Assembly: GCA_035498555.1 (NCBI GenBank)
Contig: DATKAB010000127.1
Coordinates: 1-25,360 of the forward strand
DNA from: Candidatus Sulfotelmatobacter sp.
GTDB taxonomy: Bacteria > Eisenbacteria > RBG-16-71-46
DNA length: 25,360 bases
Direction: 5' to 3'
Shown here: positions 12,753 through 23,855 of the stretch, in pieces
How positions within the stretch are numbered: the first letter of the stretch is position 1
How the letters are laid out: each line of letters starts with the position of its first letter
Notes under the pieces: generated by a model
What the model saw: the letters and a program-made list of their open reading frames with translations, nothing else
The model's database searches: none
What the model was told of the DNA's origin: nothing
Translations under genes and position numbers: made by a program

Positions 12753-14219
12753 CTACGCCGCCAGCAGCTCGTTGGTCTTGTGAGTGTGCTCTTCGGGGCG
12801 CAGGACGCGCGCCACGCGCTCGCTCGGCGCCATCGGGTCCCAGAACTCGGGCGCGTCCTCGGCCGGCGCGCTGCCGTCCGGGCGGACGATGACGCGGCAG
12901 TGCGGGCGCACCAGGTCGTTCGGATTCGGGCTGACCGCGATCACCACGCAGCGTGACTCGGTGAGCAACACCGAGCCCGGCGGATAGAGCCCGGTGGTGC
13001 GGGCCAGCGCCCACAGCACCGCCGGATCGAATCCCACTCGCGCGGGGCCGAACAGATACTGCAGAGCCTCGAACGCGGTGCGCGGGCGCTTGGCGTAGAC
13101 GCGGTGCGCGGTCATCGCGTCGAAACAGTCGGCCACCGCGACGATGCGCGACATGGTGGACTGGCCCCATTCCGCCTGCACGTCGGGATAACCCGTGCGA
13201 TCGAAGTTCATGTGGTGTTCGAGGCAAACCCGCATCGTGTCTACCATCAGCGTGGACAACCCCGGCATGCGGATCATCGACTTGACGCCTTCGATCGGAT
13301 GCCGGCGCATCATCATCCATTCCTCGGCCGAGAGCGCCGCCGGCTTGCGGAGCACGTCGCCGGGCACCGCGATCTTGCCGAGGTCGTGCATCAGGCCCGC
13401 GACCCCGAGATCGGCCAGCGCCTGGCGCGGAAGTCCGAGCGCTTGCCCCATGCTCACCGACAGGATGCTCACGTTCACACAATGCGCGTAGGTGTATTCG
13501 TCGTGATCCTTGAGGGCGGTGAGGCCGACGATCGAATACTCGTGGTTCATGATGCCGTCCACGATCGGCTGGACCAGGCGTTTCGCGTGGCGGAGGTCGG
13601 GGCGCCCGGTCTGCATGGTGCGCACCACGATCTTCTTGGTGCCCAGCACCGCGCGCCAGAACACGCGCCGCGCGCGGCCACGCTCGGCCTCGGGCGTCTT
13701 CTCCCTGCTCTCCTCGAGGCTGCGCGTCAGCTCGTCGTCCTCCAGCTCGAGCGCCGGCACCGGCACGATGTGCTCAATGCTGGCCTCGCGAACCGCCTCG
13801 ACCAGCCGCTCGGAAATCGCGGGATCGTCGGCCGCCAGGAAGAGCTGGAAGAATCGCTCGAATTCCGCAGGCGTCGCGCCCTGGAGCACGCGCACGCCGC
13901 CGAGCGAGCGGCGCTCGAACTCCTGCATCAGCCCGTGATAGACGGTGAGCAGCGAGGCCTGCGCCTTGATACGCACGCCATTGAGATAGAAGTAGTCGGC
14001 CACCGCCACCAGCGCGACTTCGTCCTCGTGCTCGAGGATGCGGCTGAAGACCGAGATGCAATCGTGGAGCTGTTTCTGGAACGCCTGGTTCGCGATGTCG
14101 TAGGTGCGGCCGGTGCGCAGCAACGCCGACAGGCGCACCAGCAGCGACGGGCCGTGTTGCAGGGCGTCGTTTTCGTCGTCGCCCGAAAGGACCGGCGGGT
14201 TCGTGATCGGGTCAGCCAC
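12753..14219 (-). CDS. HD-GYP domain phosphohydrolase (c-di-GMP phosphodiesterase family) with about 230-aa uncharacterised N-terminal domain
   Basis: Track ORF, 488 aa. HD-GYP motifs: LMHDLGKIAVP ... RRHPIEG ... LEHHMNFDRTGYPD. The GTG start at 14219 overlaps the upstream gene's TGA by 8 nt. There is no receiver domain. Confidence 0.82.
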   Translation of the reverse strand: MADPITNPPVLSGDDENDALQHGPSLLVRLSALLRTGRTYDIANQAFQKQLHDCISVFSRILEHEDEVALVAVADYFYLNGVRIKAQASLLTVYHGLMQEFERRSLGGVRVLQGATPAEFERFFQLFLAADDPAISERLVEAVREASIEHIVPVPALELEDDELTRSLEESREKTPEAERGRARRVFWRAVLGTKKIVVRTMQTGRPDLRHAKRLVQPIVDGIMNHEYSIVGLTALKDHDEYTYAHCVNVSILSVSMGQALGLPRQALADLGVAGLMHDLGKIAVPGDVLRKPAALSAEEWMMMRRHPIEGVKSMIRMPGLSTLMVDTMRVCLEHHMNFDRTGYPDVQAEWGQSTMSRIVAVADCFDAMTAHRVYAKRPRTAFEALQYLFGPARVGFDPAVLWALARTTGLYPPGSVLLTESRCVVIAVSPNPNDLVRPHCRVIVRPDGSAPAEDAPEFWDPMAPSERVARVLRPEEHTHKTNELLAA

Positions 14220-15963
14220 GGGCGTGGAATCCCGCCAGCGCCTCTTCGCAGGCCTTGCGAAGTGGCAGGCGTTTGGAGGTGATGCCGCGCTCGAGGATCA
14301 GCCGGGCCGCCGGCGTGCCGACGCGCGCGATGGCGCGCGCGATCGCCTGGCGGTGGACCTCCTGGTTGCGCGAGAACCAGTTGCCCTTGTGCAGCTCGGC
14401 CTCGAGCTCGGGCAGATTGGGATTGTCGGCGGCGGCACCGAGGCACGTGTAGATGGCGCGCTTTTCCTCGGCCGGGCGCGCGTCGAAGTCCTCGGCTTGC
14501 ATGATGCGCATGACCACGCGCGCAACGCCGGTGTCGCGCGCAACCGAGAGCTGGTGCAGCGCCGCGAGCAGCAGGCGCGAATCCGCGCCGTCGATCATGC
14601 GCAGCAGCAGCGGCCGCGCGAGCCGCGGATCCACCTGGCCGAGCGCCGCCACCACCTCCTGCTTCACGCGCGGATCGGGATTGCGCAAGGCGGACTGAAG
14701 CAGTCCGACGATCGCCGGCGACCCGATCCAGCCCAGGATGTGAACGACGTTGCGCACCACGAACCAGCGCGGGTCGGCGATCCAGGGCGCGAGCCGCTCG
14801 GGATTGTCCTTGCAGCGCTCGGCGATCGCCTCCGCCAGCAACCGCCGAACCAGCCGGTTCTGGCTCTCGGCCAGCACGTGGTTGAAGACGTCCACGGCCG
14901 GCGGGCCGAATTCCGAGGCGAACGCCACGAATTCCGCCCCGGAAGCCTCGTGGGCGTCGAGCCGCTCGACCAGATTCGTCACCGAGATCGGCTGCAGCAG
15001 GTCCTGCACGAAGCGTTCGGGCGCCCACTCGTTGTTGGGACACTCCCGCAGCATCAGCAGCGCGGCGCGCGCCTCGAGCCAGTTGCCCTGCGCCACCGCC
15101 TGGCGCAGCAGGCGCGGCAGGAAGCGTCCCATCTCGAGGCGGTCATCGGCGTTCGCGCCGGCCGCCAGATACGCCTGGCTGATGGCGATCGACGCGGTGA
15201 GAATCGGCACCTGATGCTCGGCCTGGTATTCGTGCTGGAAGCGCTGGGTCTCCTGCTTGGAGAGCGCCTCGAGCTCCTCGAATCCCGCCTCGATCTCGAC
15301 GGTCTCGTCGCCGGCTGTCCAGTCGTCGGAGCGGTCCTCGCGCGAGCCGTTCTCCACGGTCTCGACGGTCGCCGCTTCGGCCGGAGCGGCATTGGGATCT
15401 TCGGCCGGCGGCGCCGGCCAGGGCAGCAGCGGCGCCTCCTCCTCCTGCGCCGGAGCGTCGGGCCCCGTGCCCACGTCGCCTTCGGTGGGCACGAAATCGA
15501 TCTCGATGTGCTGGAGCTGCGCTTCCCACAGCAGCGTGACCAGGTCATCTTCGGCCTGGGTCTGCGAGGTGACATGCATCACCGCGTCGAGCAGCGTGTC
15601 GACCTCGCTCGCCTGGAGGCCGGGTTGGAGCGTCAGGCCACGAACGCCGTCGCGGAAGAATGCCAGCGCCAGATTGTCGTCGCGCGATTTCGCCGGATAG
15701 AGCGACACCTCCTCGCACAGAACGTCCTCGGAGCTGAATCGCAGCCGCATCGGACCGTGCTCATCGAGCACGCGCGCGGCGGCGGCCGCCAGCTCGGATC
15801 GGAAGCGTACGACGGTCGGATTGTTCGCGTCGTACAGCCGGCAGGTCTTGAGCGTGCGCGCGAACTGGTTGATCCACACACCGGCGGCGCGTGCGGTCGC
15901 TTCCTGCTCGGGCGTGAGCGCGGCAGGCGGGTCCGCGCTCCGGGCGCGGACAGTCTCGTTCAT
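14212..15963 (-). CDS. HEAT-repeat (PBS-lyase-like) protein with uncharacterised N-terminal domain and acidic linker
   Basis: Within track ORF 14212..16149, start at ATG 15963 (MNETVRARS...) with GGAG about 10 nt upstream. C-terminal HEAT-like repeats (RNVVHILGWIGSPAIVGLLQSALRNPDPRVKQEVVAALGQVDP...). Acidic Pro/Glu/Asp-rich middle segment. N-terminal about 150 aa of unknown fold. Confidence 0.72.
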   Translation of the reverse strand: MNETVRARSADPPAALTPEQEATARAAGVWINQFARTLKTCRLYDANNPTVVRFRSELAAAAARVLDEHGPMRLRFSSEDVLCEEVSLYPAKSRDDNLALAFFRDGVRGLTLQPGLQASEVDTLLDAVMHVTSQTQAEDDLVTLLWEAQLQHIEIDFVPTEGDVGTGPDAPAQEEEAPLLPWPAPPAEDPNAAPAEAATVETVENGSREDRSDDWTAGDETVEIEAGFEELEALSKQETQRFQHEYQAEHQVPILTASIAISQAYLAAGANADDRLEMGRFLPRLLRQAVAQGNWLEARAALLMLRECPNNEWAPERFVQDLLQPISVTNLVERLDAHEASGAEFVAFASEFGPPAVDVFNHVLAESQNRLVRRLLAEAIAERCKDNPERLAPWIADPRWFVVRNVVHILGWIGSPAIVGLLQSALRNPDPRVKQEVVAALGQVDPRLARPLLLRMIDGADSRLLLAALHQLSVARDTGVARVVMRIMQAEDFDARPAEEKRAIYTCLGAAADNPNLPELEAELHKGNWFSRNQEVHRQAIARAIARVGTPAARLILERGITSKRLPLRKACEEALAGFHARG

Positions 15964-16258
15964 CGTCGAAGTACTCCGGTTCTTCGAGCCTGGCTGGTGC
16001 GGGAAGGAGTCGCGGAGGTTATCGGCGGCGCCCGAGCCCGCCTTGAGCCGCATCGGGGCCTGGCCGATCCGGCAACTCAAAGCCAGAACACGAGCTAGTG
16101 GTCGTGGCGCGCGAGGAGCGCCGGGGCTCGCGCCTGCCCCGCGGCGCATACGGAAGCCGGTTTGCCGCGCCGGGAAGCGCGAGCCTTGACCCGTCCCCAG
16201 TTCCCTGCAAACACTGGGCGGTTCTCCGTCTCCCCGCCGATTTGGAGGTTCCCCGAAG

Positions 16259-19558
<3,300 letters not shown>

Positions 19559-19581
19559 CTCGGAAGCGCAAGCGGCTCAGA

Positions 19582-19618
19582 CTGCGCCCGCGATCCCGCG
19601 GGCGCAGCTTCATTCTCC
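19582..19618. terminator. bidirectional terminator hairpin between convergent genes
   Basis: Perfect 11-bp stem CTGCGCCCGCG / CGCGGGCGCAG with loop ATCC, then CTTCATTCTCC. It lies 24 nt after the tricorn stop and abuts the stop of the minus-strand gene ending at 19610. Confidence 0.55.
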
Positions 19619-20494
19619 ACCCAGCAGCGCCAGCGCTCCGCCCACGTCGAGCGCGAGCCCGACGCGCAGCGACGCGCTGTCGGGGCCCGGGCGGCCGTCG
19701 GTGTCGAGCATCAGCTCGAGGAAGCCGCGCAGCGGCCGGCGGCCATCGCCCGCCGGAGTCGCGGCGGTCGCGGGCGTCGGTTTTGCTCCGGGCGGCGTGG
19801 GCGGCGGCGCGACTCGTGGGGCGGGGCCGATCCCCACGAACAGCGAGGTGCGGGCGCTCCAGCGCTTGGCGGCGGCATCCGGCCCGAAGACGTCGTTGTG
19901 GCCGTAACCGACGTCCATTTCGGAGCCATCGAATACGCCGCCCACGCGCCGGAATCCCATGTGCACCGCGGACGTCTGCAGGAAGCTCTCGCCGCTGCTG
20001 GCGGCGATCACCACGCCACCTTCGTAGCGCAGGCGGAACTCGGCGCCGCGTGATTTGTCGACGATGCCGAGCGGCACGGTGACGCCGATGCCGCCCACGA
20101 TGTCGAGCATGATCGAGCGCGCGGGCAGTCCCGAGACCGGCGGAGTTCCCACGCCCGGCACGTAGACGCGATCGAGCGCGGTGGCGCGCGTGAACACCCA
20201 CAGCGACGGCGGCTGCGGCTTCATCGGCATGTCCATCACGCGAAAATCGCAATCGAGCTGCCCGAGCACCGACTGCGTCACCGACAGCCCGAGGCTGTCG
20301 GCCTGCGGCGACTGGAAGCGCTCGGCCTGGCGGCCGAAACGGAAATCGAGATGGATGCGATCCTCGGCGGCCCGCGCGCGGGGCGCGAGGCCGAAGATCA
20401 GCGCGAGCGCCAGACCCAGCCCTGGGCCCAGGCGCGGGAACCCACGCCGGCATCCGTGCATGCGGGGGTTTTCGGCCGATCCGGCCGGGTCCAT
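19610..20494 (-). CDS. hypothetical secreted, beta-rich (possibly outer-membrane) protein
   Basis: Track ORF, 294 aa; alternative start M12 at 20461. N-terminal signal-like segment CRRGFPRLGPGLGLALALIFGLAPRARA. Alternating hydrophobic/polar stretches and a Pro/Ala/Thr-rich linker. No recognisable family. Confidence 0.5.
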   Translation of the reverse strand: MDPAGSAENPRMHGCRRGFPRLGPGLGLALALIFGLAPRARAAEDRIHLDFRFGRQAERFQSPQADSLGLSVTQSVLGQLDCDFRVMDMPMKPQPPSLWVFTRATALDRVYVPGVGTPPVSGLPARSIMLDIVGGIGVTVPLGIVDKSRGAEFRLRYEGGVVIAASSGESFLQTSAVHMGFRRVGGVFDGSEMDVGYGHNDVFGPDAAAKRWSARTSLFVGIGPAPRVAPPPTPPGAKPTPATAATPAGDGRRPLRGFLELMLDTDGRPGPDSASLRVGLALDVGGALALLGGE

Positions 20495-20502
20495 GAGCCC
20501 GG

Positions 20503-20754
20503 CTATCGGGGCAGGGAATCAACCTCAGCGTTCATCTGACTGGCGGACGCCGCGGCGCGATCCGACTCCTGGAGCGCCCGCGCCACCACGGGTGCCCCCA
20601 CCAGCTTGGACGCCCCGATCAGGCTGTCGCGTTCCCGCTCGGACAGCTCGCGCGTCATGGTGTCGTGCCTGGCGCAGCCCAGCACCACCATCGCGAACAT
20701 CGCGAGCGCGACCAGCGCACACAGGACCACGGTCTGTCGGTTGGATTCGTTCAT
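20503..20754 (-). CDS. small lipoprotein (83 aa)
   Basis: Within track ORF 20503..20820, start at ATG 20754 (MNESNRQTVVLCALVALAMFAMVVLGC...) with GGGAGG 7 nt upstream. Lipobox VVLGC. Its stop lies 9 nt before the start of the downstream hypothetical gene (operon). Confidence 0.55.
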   Translation of the reverse strand: MNESNRQTVVLCALVALAMFAMVVLGCARHDTMTRELSERERDSLIGASKLVGAPVVARALQESDRAAASASQMNAEVDSLPR

Positions 20755-20868
20755 GAGCGTTCCTCCCAGCGAGCCGGCGGGGCGCCGGCGCGCGCTCGTG
20801 CCCGAGCGTGGCGAGCGCATGCGCGTCCCGGCCGCGACCGGGGTATCGGCAGTTTGCGAGCGCCGGCT

Positions 20869-23277
20869 TTAGCGGAGCAGCACGGTGCGGAGCACCAGGG
20901 CCCCGTCCCGCACCGAGAGCCTCAGGAAGTAGATCCCGGGCGGTAGCGGCCGCCCGTCCGCCCCTCGGCCATCCCATTCCACCTGCTGCGGGCCCGCGGC
21001 CGAGAACCCGTCGAGCAGCGTGCGAACGCGCACTCCGTTCACGTCGTAGACCTCGAGTCGCACGCACGACGGCTCGGTCAGCGAGAACTGCACCGTGCTC
21101 GCGCCGCGAGAAGGATTCGGCATGCTTCGAAGCCCCGACGCCGGCGGCCCGCCGGAGACCGCGGATGATGGTCCGAGCGCGTGGACCGAGACGCTGGCGC
21201 GCGCCACCGAACCGTCGTCGTCGGTCACGCTCAGCAGCGCCGTGTAGCTCCCGGCGCTCGCGTACGTATACGTGGGGCTTCGATCAGCGCTGTGGCCGCC
21301 ATCGCCGAAGTCCCAGTGGTAGCCGACCACCACTCCGCGCGCGTTTGCGGCTCCGCCGCTGAAGCGAATGGTTAGCGGCGCGTTCCCGACCCAGCAGTCG
21401 GTGCCGGCGCTCGCGGTCAGCGGCTGATCCGCCGGCCGCGGTCCGTAGGCGGGCACCGGCTGCCCGGTTTCGTAGCAGCCCAGGTCGGGTGCCGCGCCGC
21501 CGAAGCCCTCGTCGATGTTGGCCAGCGGCACGCCGCGGTCGACCGGCGCGCTCCCGGGCGCCAGGCGCAGATCGTTGTCGTTCGGCCCGTACGGCGCGCC
21601 GTATCCATTGGTGTAATCCCACTCGGGATGATGCGGCAGCGTGGCGCTCACGAAGTCCGAGATCGACATCTCGATTCCGTGTGGCTCGTTGCCAGTGCCC
21701 GCATAGAAAGCCGGCAGATTCGCATAGCTGGTGCCCGAGAAGCGGATCAGCGTGGTGTAGTCGTTGACGCGATCGTAGCCATCGAAGTCGAAGTTCGCTC
21801 CCGGGTAGGTGTAGTTGGCCTGGAACGTCGGCGTGTTCGGGCGCGCGCCGAGGAGCAGATTGTTTCGAAACGTCCCGTGGTGCCAGATGCCCGACTCGTA
21901 CCAGCCGTTGCGATTGCTCACGCTGGTGTTGTGGAAGACCAGGAACCCGCTGGTCTCCTGCGTCCAGCCGTAGGAGGTCTCCTGATGGAATTTGTAGGGC
22001 TCGATGCGGGTGTTGTAGATCTCGTTGAACAGCACGTAACCGGGGCCGCCGAAGGCGGGCTGGAAGCTCACCGCCGAACCGGTGTTGAGCAGGCGATTGC
22101 GGAAGACCCGCACGTTCTGCTGTACCGCGTCGGCTTGCACCCCGTCGTCGCTGGCCCGATCCACGAAGTTTTCGTAGATGTCCACGTTGCTGGTGGTGGT
22201 CGCCGGCACCGCGGTTCCGGTCACCGGGATCGAGATCCCATCCCACGCCTCGATGACCGTGTTGTGGCAGACCACGTGCCCGGTGCCCTCGATCAGGATC
22301 CCGTAGCCGCCGGTGCCGTAGGTGCCGGTGCGGCCGATCGTCGCCCACTGCCCGCTCATCTGCACGACGTTGTTGGCGATGAACAGGTCACGGCTATAGG
22401 CGGCGCGAATCCCTTCGACGTAGAGCAGCTGGTTGATCGGCTGGATCGTGCAGCCGCGGATCACCACCCCGGTCGATGAGTCGGCGTTCACCGGACGGAG
22501 ACAATTCACCAGGCTCAGATTCTCGAGGAACACGTAGCGCCGGCCGACCAGGCTGACGCAATGGGAGCTCGAGGTGGTTCCGCCGTCGCCATCGAGCACG
22601 ACGGTGGTGCTGCTCGCCCCGCGATAGACGATCGGGTTGTCGGGTGCGCCATCGCGCGTGGCGCTGAACTTGCCGTGGAAGGTGCCGGGTTGAACCAGGA
22701 AGAGATCGCCGGGGCGCGCGGCGGCGTCGGCGGCCGCCAGTCCGCGGAAGGGATCGGCCTGCGTGCCGCTCCCGCCGCCCGAGCCAGGAATCACGTAGAG
22801 CGTTCGCAACGACGTCGCCTCGGGCGCGCCACGCGTGCTGAAGGCGACCACGCGCTGGTCCGAGCCTCCATCGGGATCGCTCAGCGTCAGTCGCGCTTCG
22901 TACGCGGTCGCCGGAGTCAGCGAGAAGAGGCTTCCGGCCAGCAGATTCCCGGGATCCTCGCCGTGCGTCCAGAGCCCGTGCTCGACGCGCAGCAGCGGCT
23001 GCGCCGGCTTCCAGAGGCCCTCACCCGCGCGCCGGTATTCGAGCGTCACGGCGCAATTGCCATTGTCGTCGCCGTCGATCCGCCACTCGAATCCGGCCGA
23101 GTTCAGCGTGGAATAGGCGGTGAGAGCGAGCGGCGTCGTCGCGTTGACGAGGACTTCGGCAGCGATCGGGCTTGCTCGCGCCGCGATCCATGCAGCACAC
23201 GAGAGCGCGACCATGGTCGCGAAATTGATGCCGAGGCGGGGCCCCTCGCGTCTGTCACGCCACCCAGCGGGCTTCAT
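20869..23277 (-). CDS. secreted right-handed beta-helix (pectate-lyase-fold) protein with PKD domain and T9SS-type C-terminal sorting (FlgD-Ig-like) domain
   Basis: Within track ORF 20869..23394, start at ATG 23277 (MKPAGWRDRREGPRLGINFATMVALSCAAWIAARA...). FN3-like N-terminal region, parallel beta-helix repeats (IANNVV.., CHNTVI.., FRNRLL..), PKD motif (WDFGDGGHS...YTYASAGSYTALLSVTDDDG). C-terminus PNPSRGASTVQFSLTEPSCVRLEVYDVNGVRVRTLLDG...PPGIYFLRL typical of T9SS CTD / FlgD-Ig domain. Confidence 0.78.
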   Translation of the reverse strand: MKPAGWRDRREGPRLGINFATMVALSCAAWIAARASPIAAEVLVNATTPLALTAYSTLNSAGFEWRIDGDDNGNCAVTLEYRRAGEGLWKPAQPLLRVEHGLWTHGEDPGNLLAGSLFSLTPATAYEARLTLSDPDGGSDQRVVAFSTRGAPEATSLRTLYVIPGSGGGSGTQADPFRGLAAADAAARPGDLFLVQPGTFHGKFSATRDGAPDNPIVYRGASSTTVVLDGDGGTTSSSHCVSLVGRRYVFLENLSLVNCLRPVNADSSTGVVIRGCTIQPINQLLYVEGIRAAYSRDLFIANNVVQMSGQWATIGRTGTYGTGGYGILIEGTGHVVCHNTVIEAWDGISIPVTGTAVPATTTSNVDIYENFVDRASDDGVQADAVQQNVRVFRNRLLNTGSAVSFQPAFGGPGYVLFNEIYNTRIEPYKFHQETSYGWTQETSGFLVFHNTSVSNRNGWYESGIWHHGTFRNNLLLGARPNTPTFQANYTYPGANFDFDGYDRVNDYTTLIRFSGTSYANLPAFYAGTGNEPHGIEMSISDFVSATLPHHPEWDYTNGYGAPYGPNDNDLRLAPGSAPVDRGVPLANIDEGFGGAAPDLGCYETGQPVPAYGPRPADQPLTASAGTDCWVGNAPLTIRFSGGAANARGVVVGYHWDFGDGGHSADRSPTYTYASAGSYTALLSVTDDDGSVARASVSVHALGPSSAVSGGPPASGLRSMPNPSRGASTVQFSLTEPSCVRLEVYDVNGVRVRTLLDGFSAAGPQQVEWDGRGADGRPLPPGIYFLRLSVRDGALVLRTVLLR

Positions 23278-23335
23278 CGGGCACCCGGGGACCAGTGTAC
23301 GCCCGCATCGACGTCGGGCCCAAGTCGGGCGCCAG

Positions 23336-23372
23336 TTGCCCCCGCGCGCGCCTTCGCGCATATTGCCGCGCC
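23336..23372 (+). promoter_or_regulatory. candidate sigma70-type promoter giving a near-leaderless doxX transcript
   Basis: TTGCCC - 17 nt - CATATT, ending about 8 nt before ATG 23373. No SD precedes that ATG. Confidence 0.3.
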
Positions 23373-23792
23373 ATGCCCGGCTCGAATTCCTCACCGGCGG
23401 CGTCGTTCGGACTCCTGCTCCTCCGGGTGGGCGCCGGCGGGATGCTGGCCGTCAACCACGGCTGGACCAAGCTGATGCATTTCTCCCAGCTCGCGCCCAA
23501 GTGGGCCGATCCGCTGCACATCGGCCACGACCGGAGCCTGATGCTGACCATCTTCGCCGAGGTCGGCTGCGCGGCGTTGGTGGCGCTGGGCTTTGCCACG
23601 CGTTTCGCCGCCGCGATCCTGGTGTTCATGTTCGGCATGATCGTGCTGGTGGTGCTGCGAGGGCATCCGTTCTCGGATCGCGAACTGGCAATCGTCTACG
23701 CGTTGCCGTTCCTGTGTCTGGTGTTCACGGGCGGCGGCGGCTACGCGCTGGACGCGAACTACGGCCCCAAGGTGAAGTTCGGCGGCAAGTAG
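23373..23792 (+). CDS. DoxX-family membrane protein
   Basis: Within track ORF 23295..23792, start at ATG 23373 (MPGSNSSPAASFGLLLLRVGAGGMLAVNHGWTKL...). Four predicted TM helices and the DoxX-like LLLR..G motif. Confidence 0.78.
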   Translation: MPGSNSSPAASFGLLLLRVGAGGMLAVNHGWTKLMHFSQLAPKWADPLHIGHDRSLMLTIFAEVGCAALVALGFATRFAAAILVFMFGMIVLVVLRGHPFSDRELAIVYALPFLCLVFTGGGGYALDANYGPKVKFGGK

Positions 23793-23855
23793 CTCGATCG
23801 GCGGCGGCGTGGCGCCACCGCGCCCGCGCCGCGCCCTCTGCTACGCTCCGCGCCC

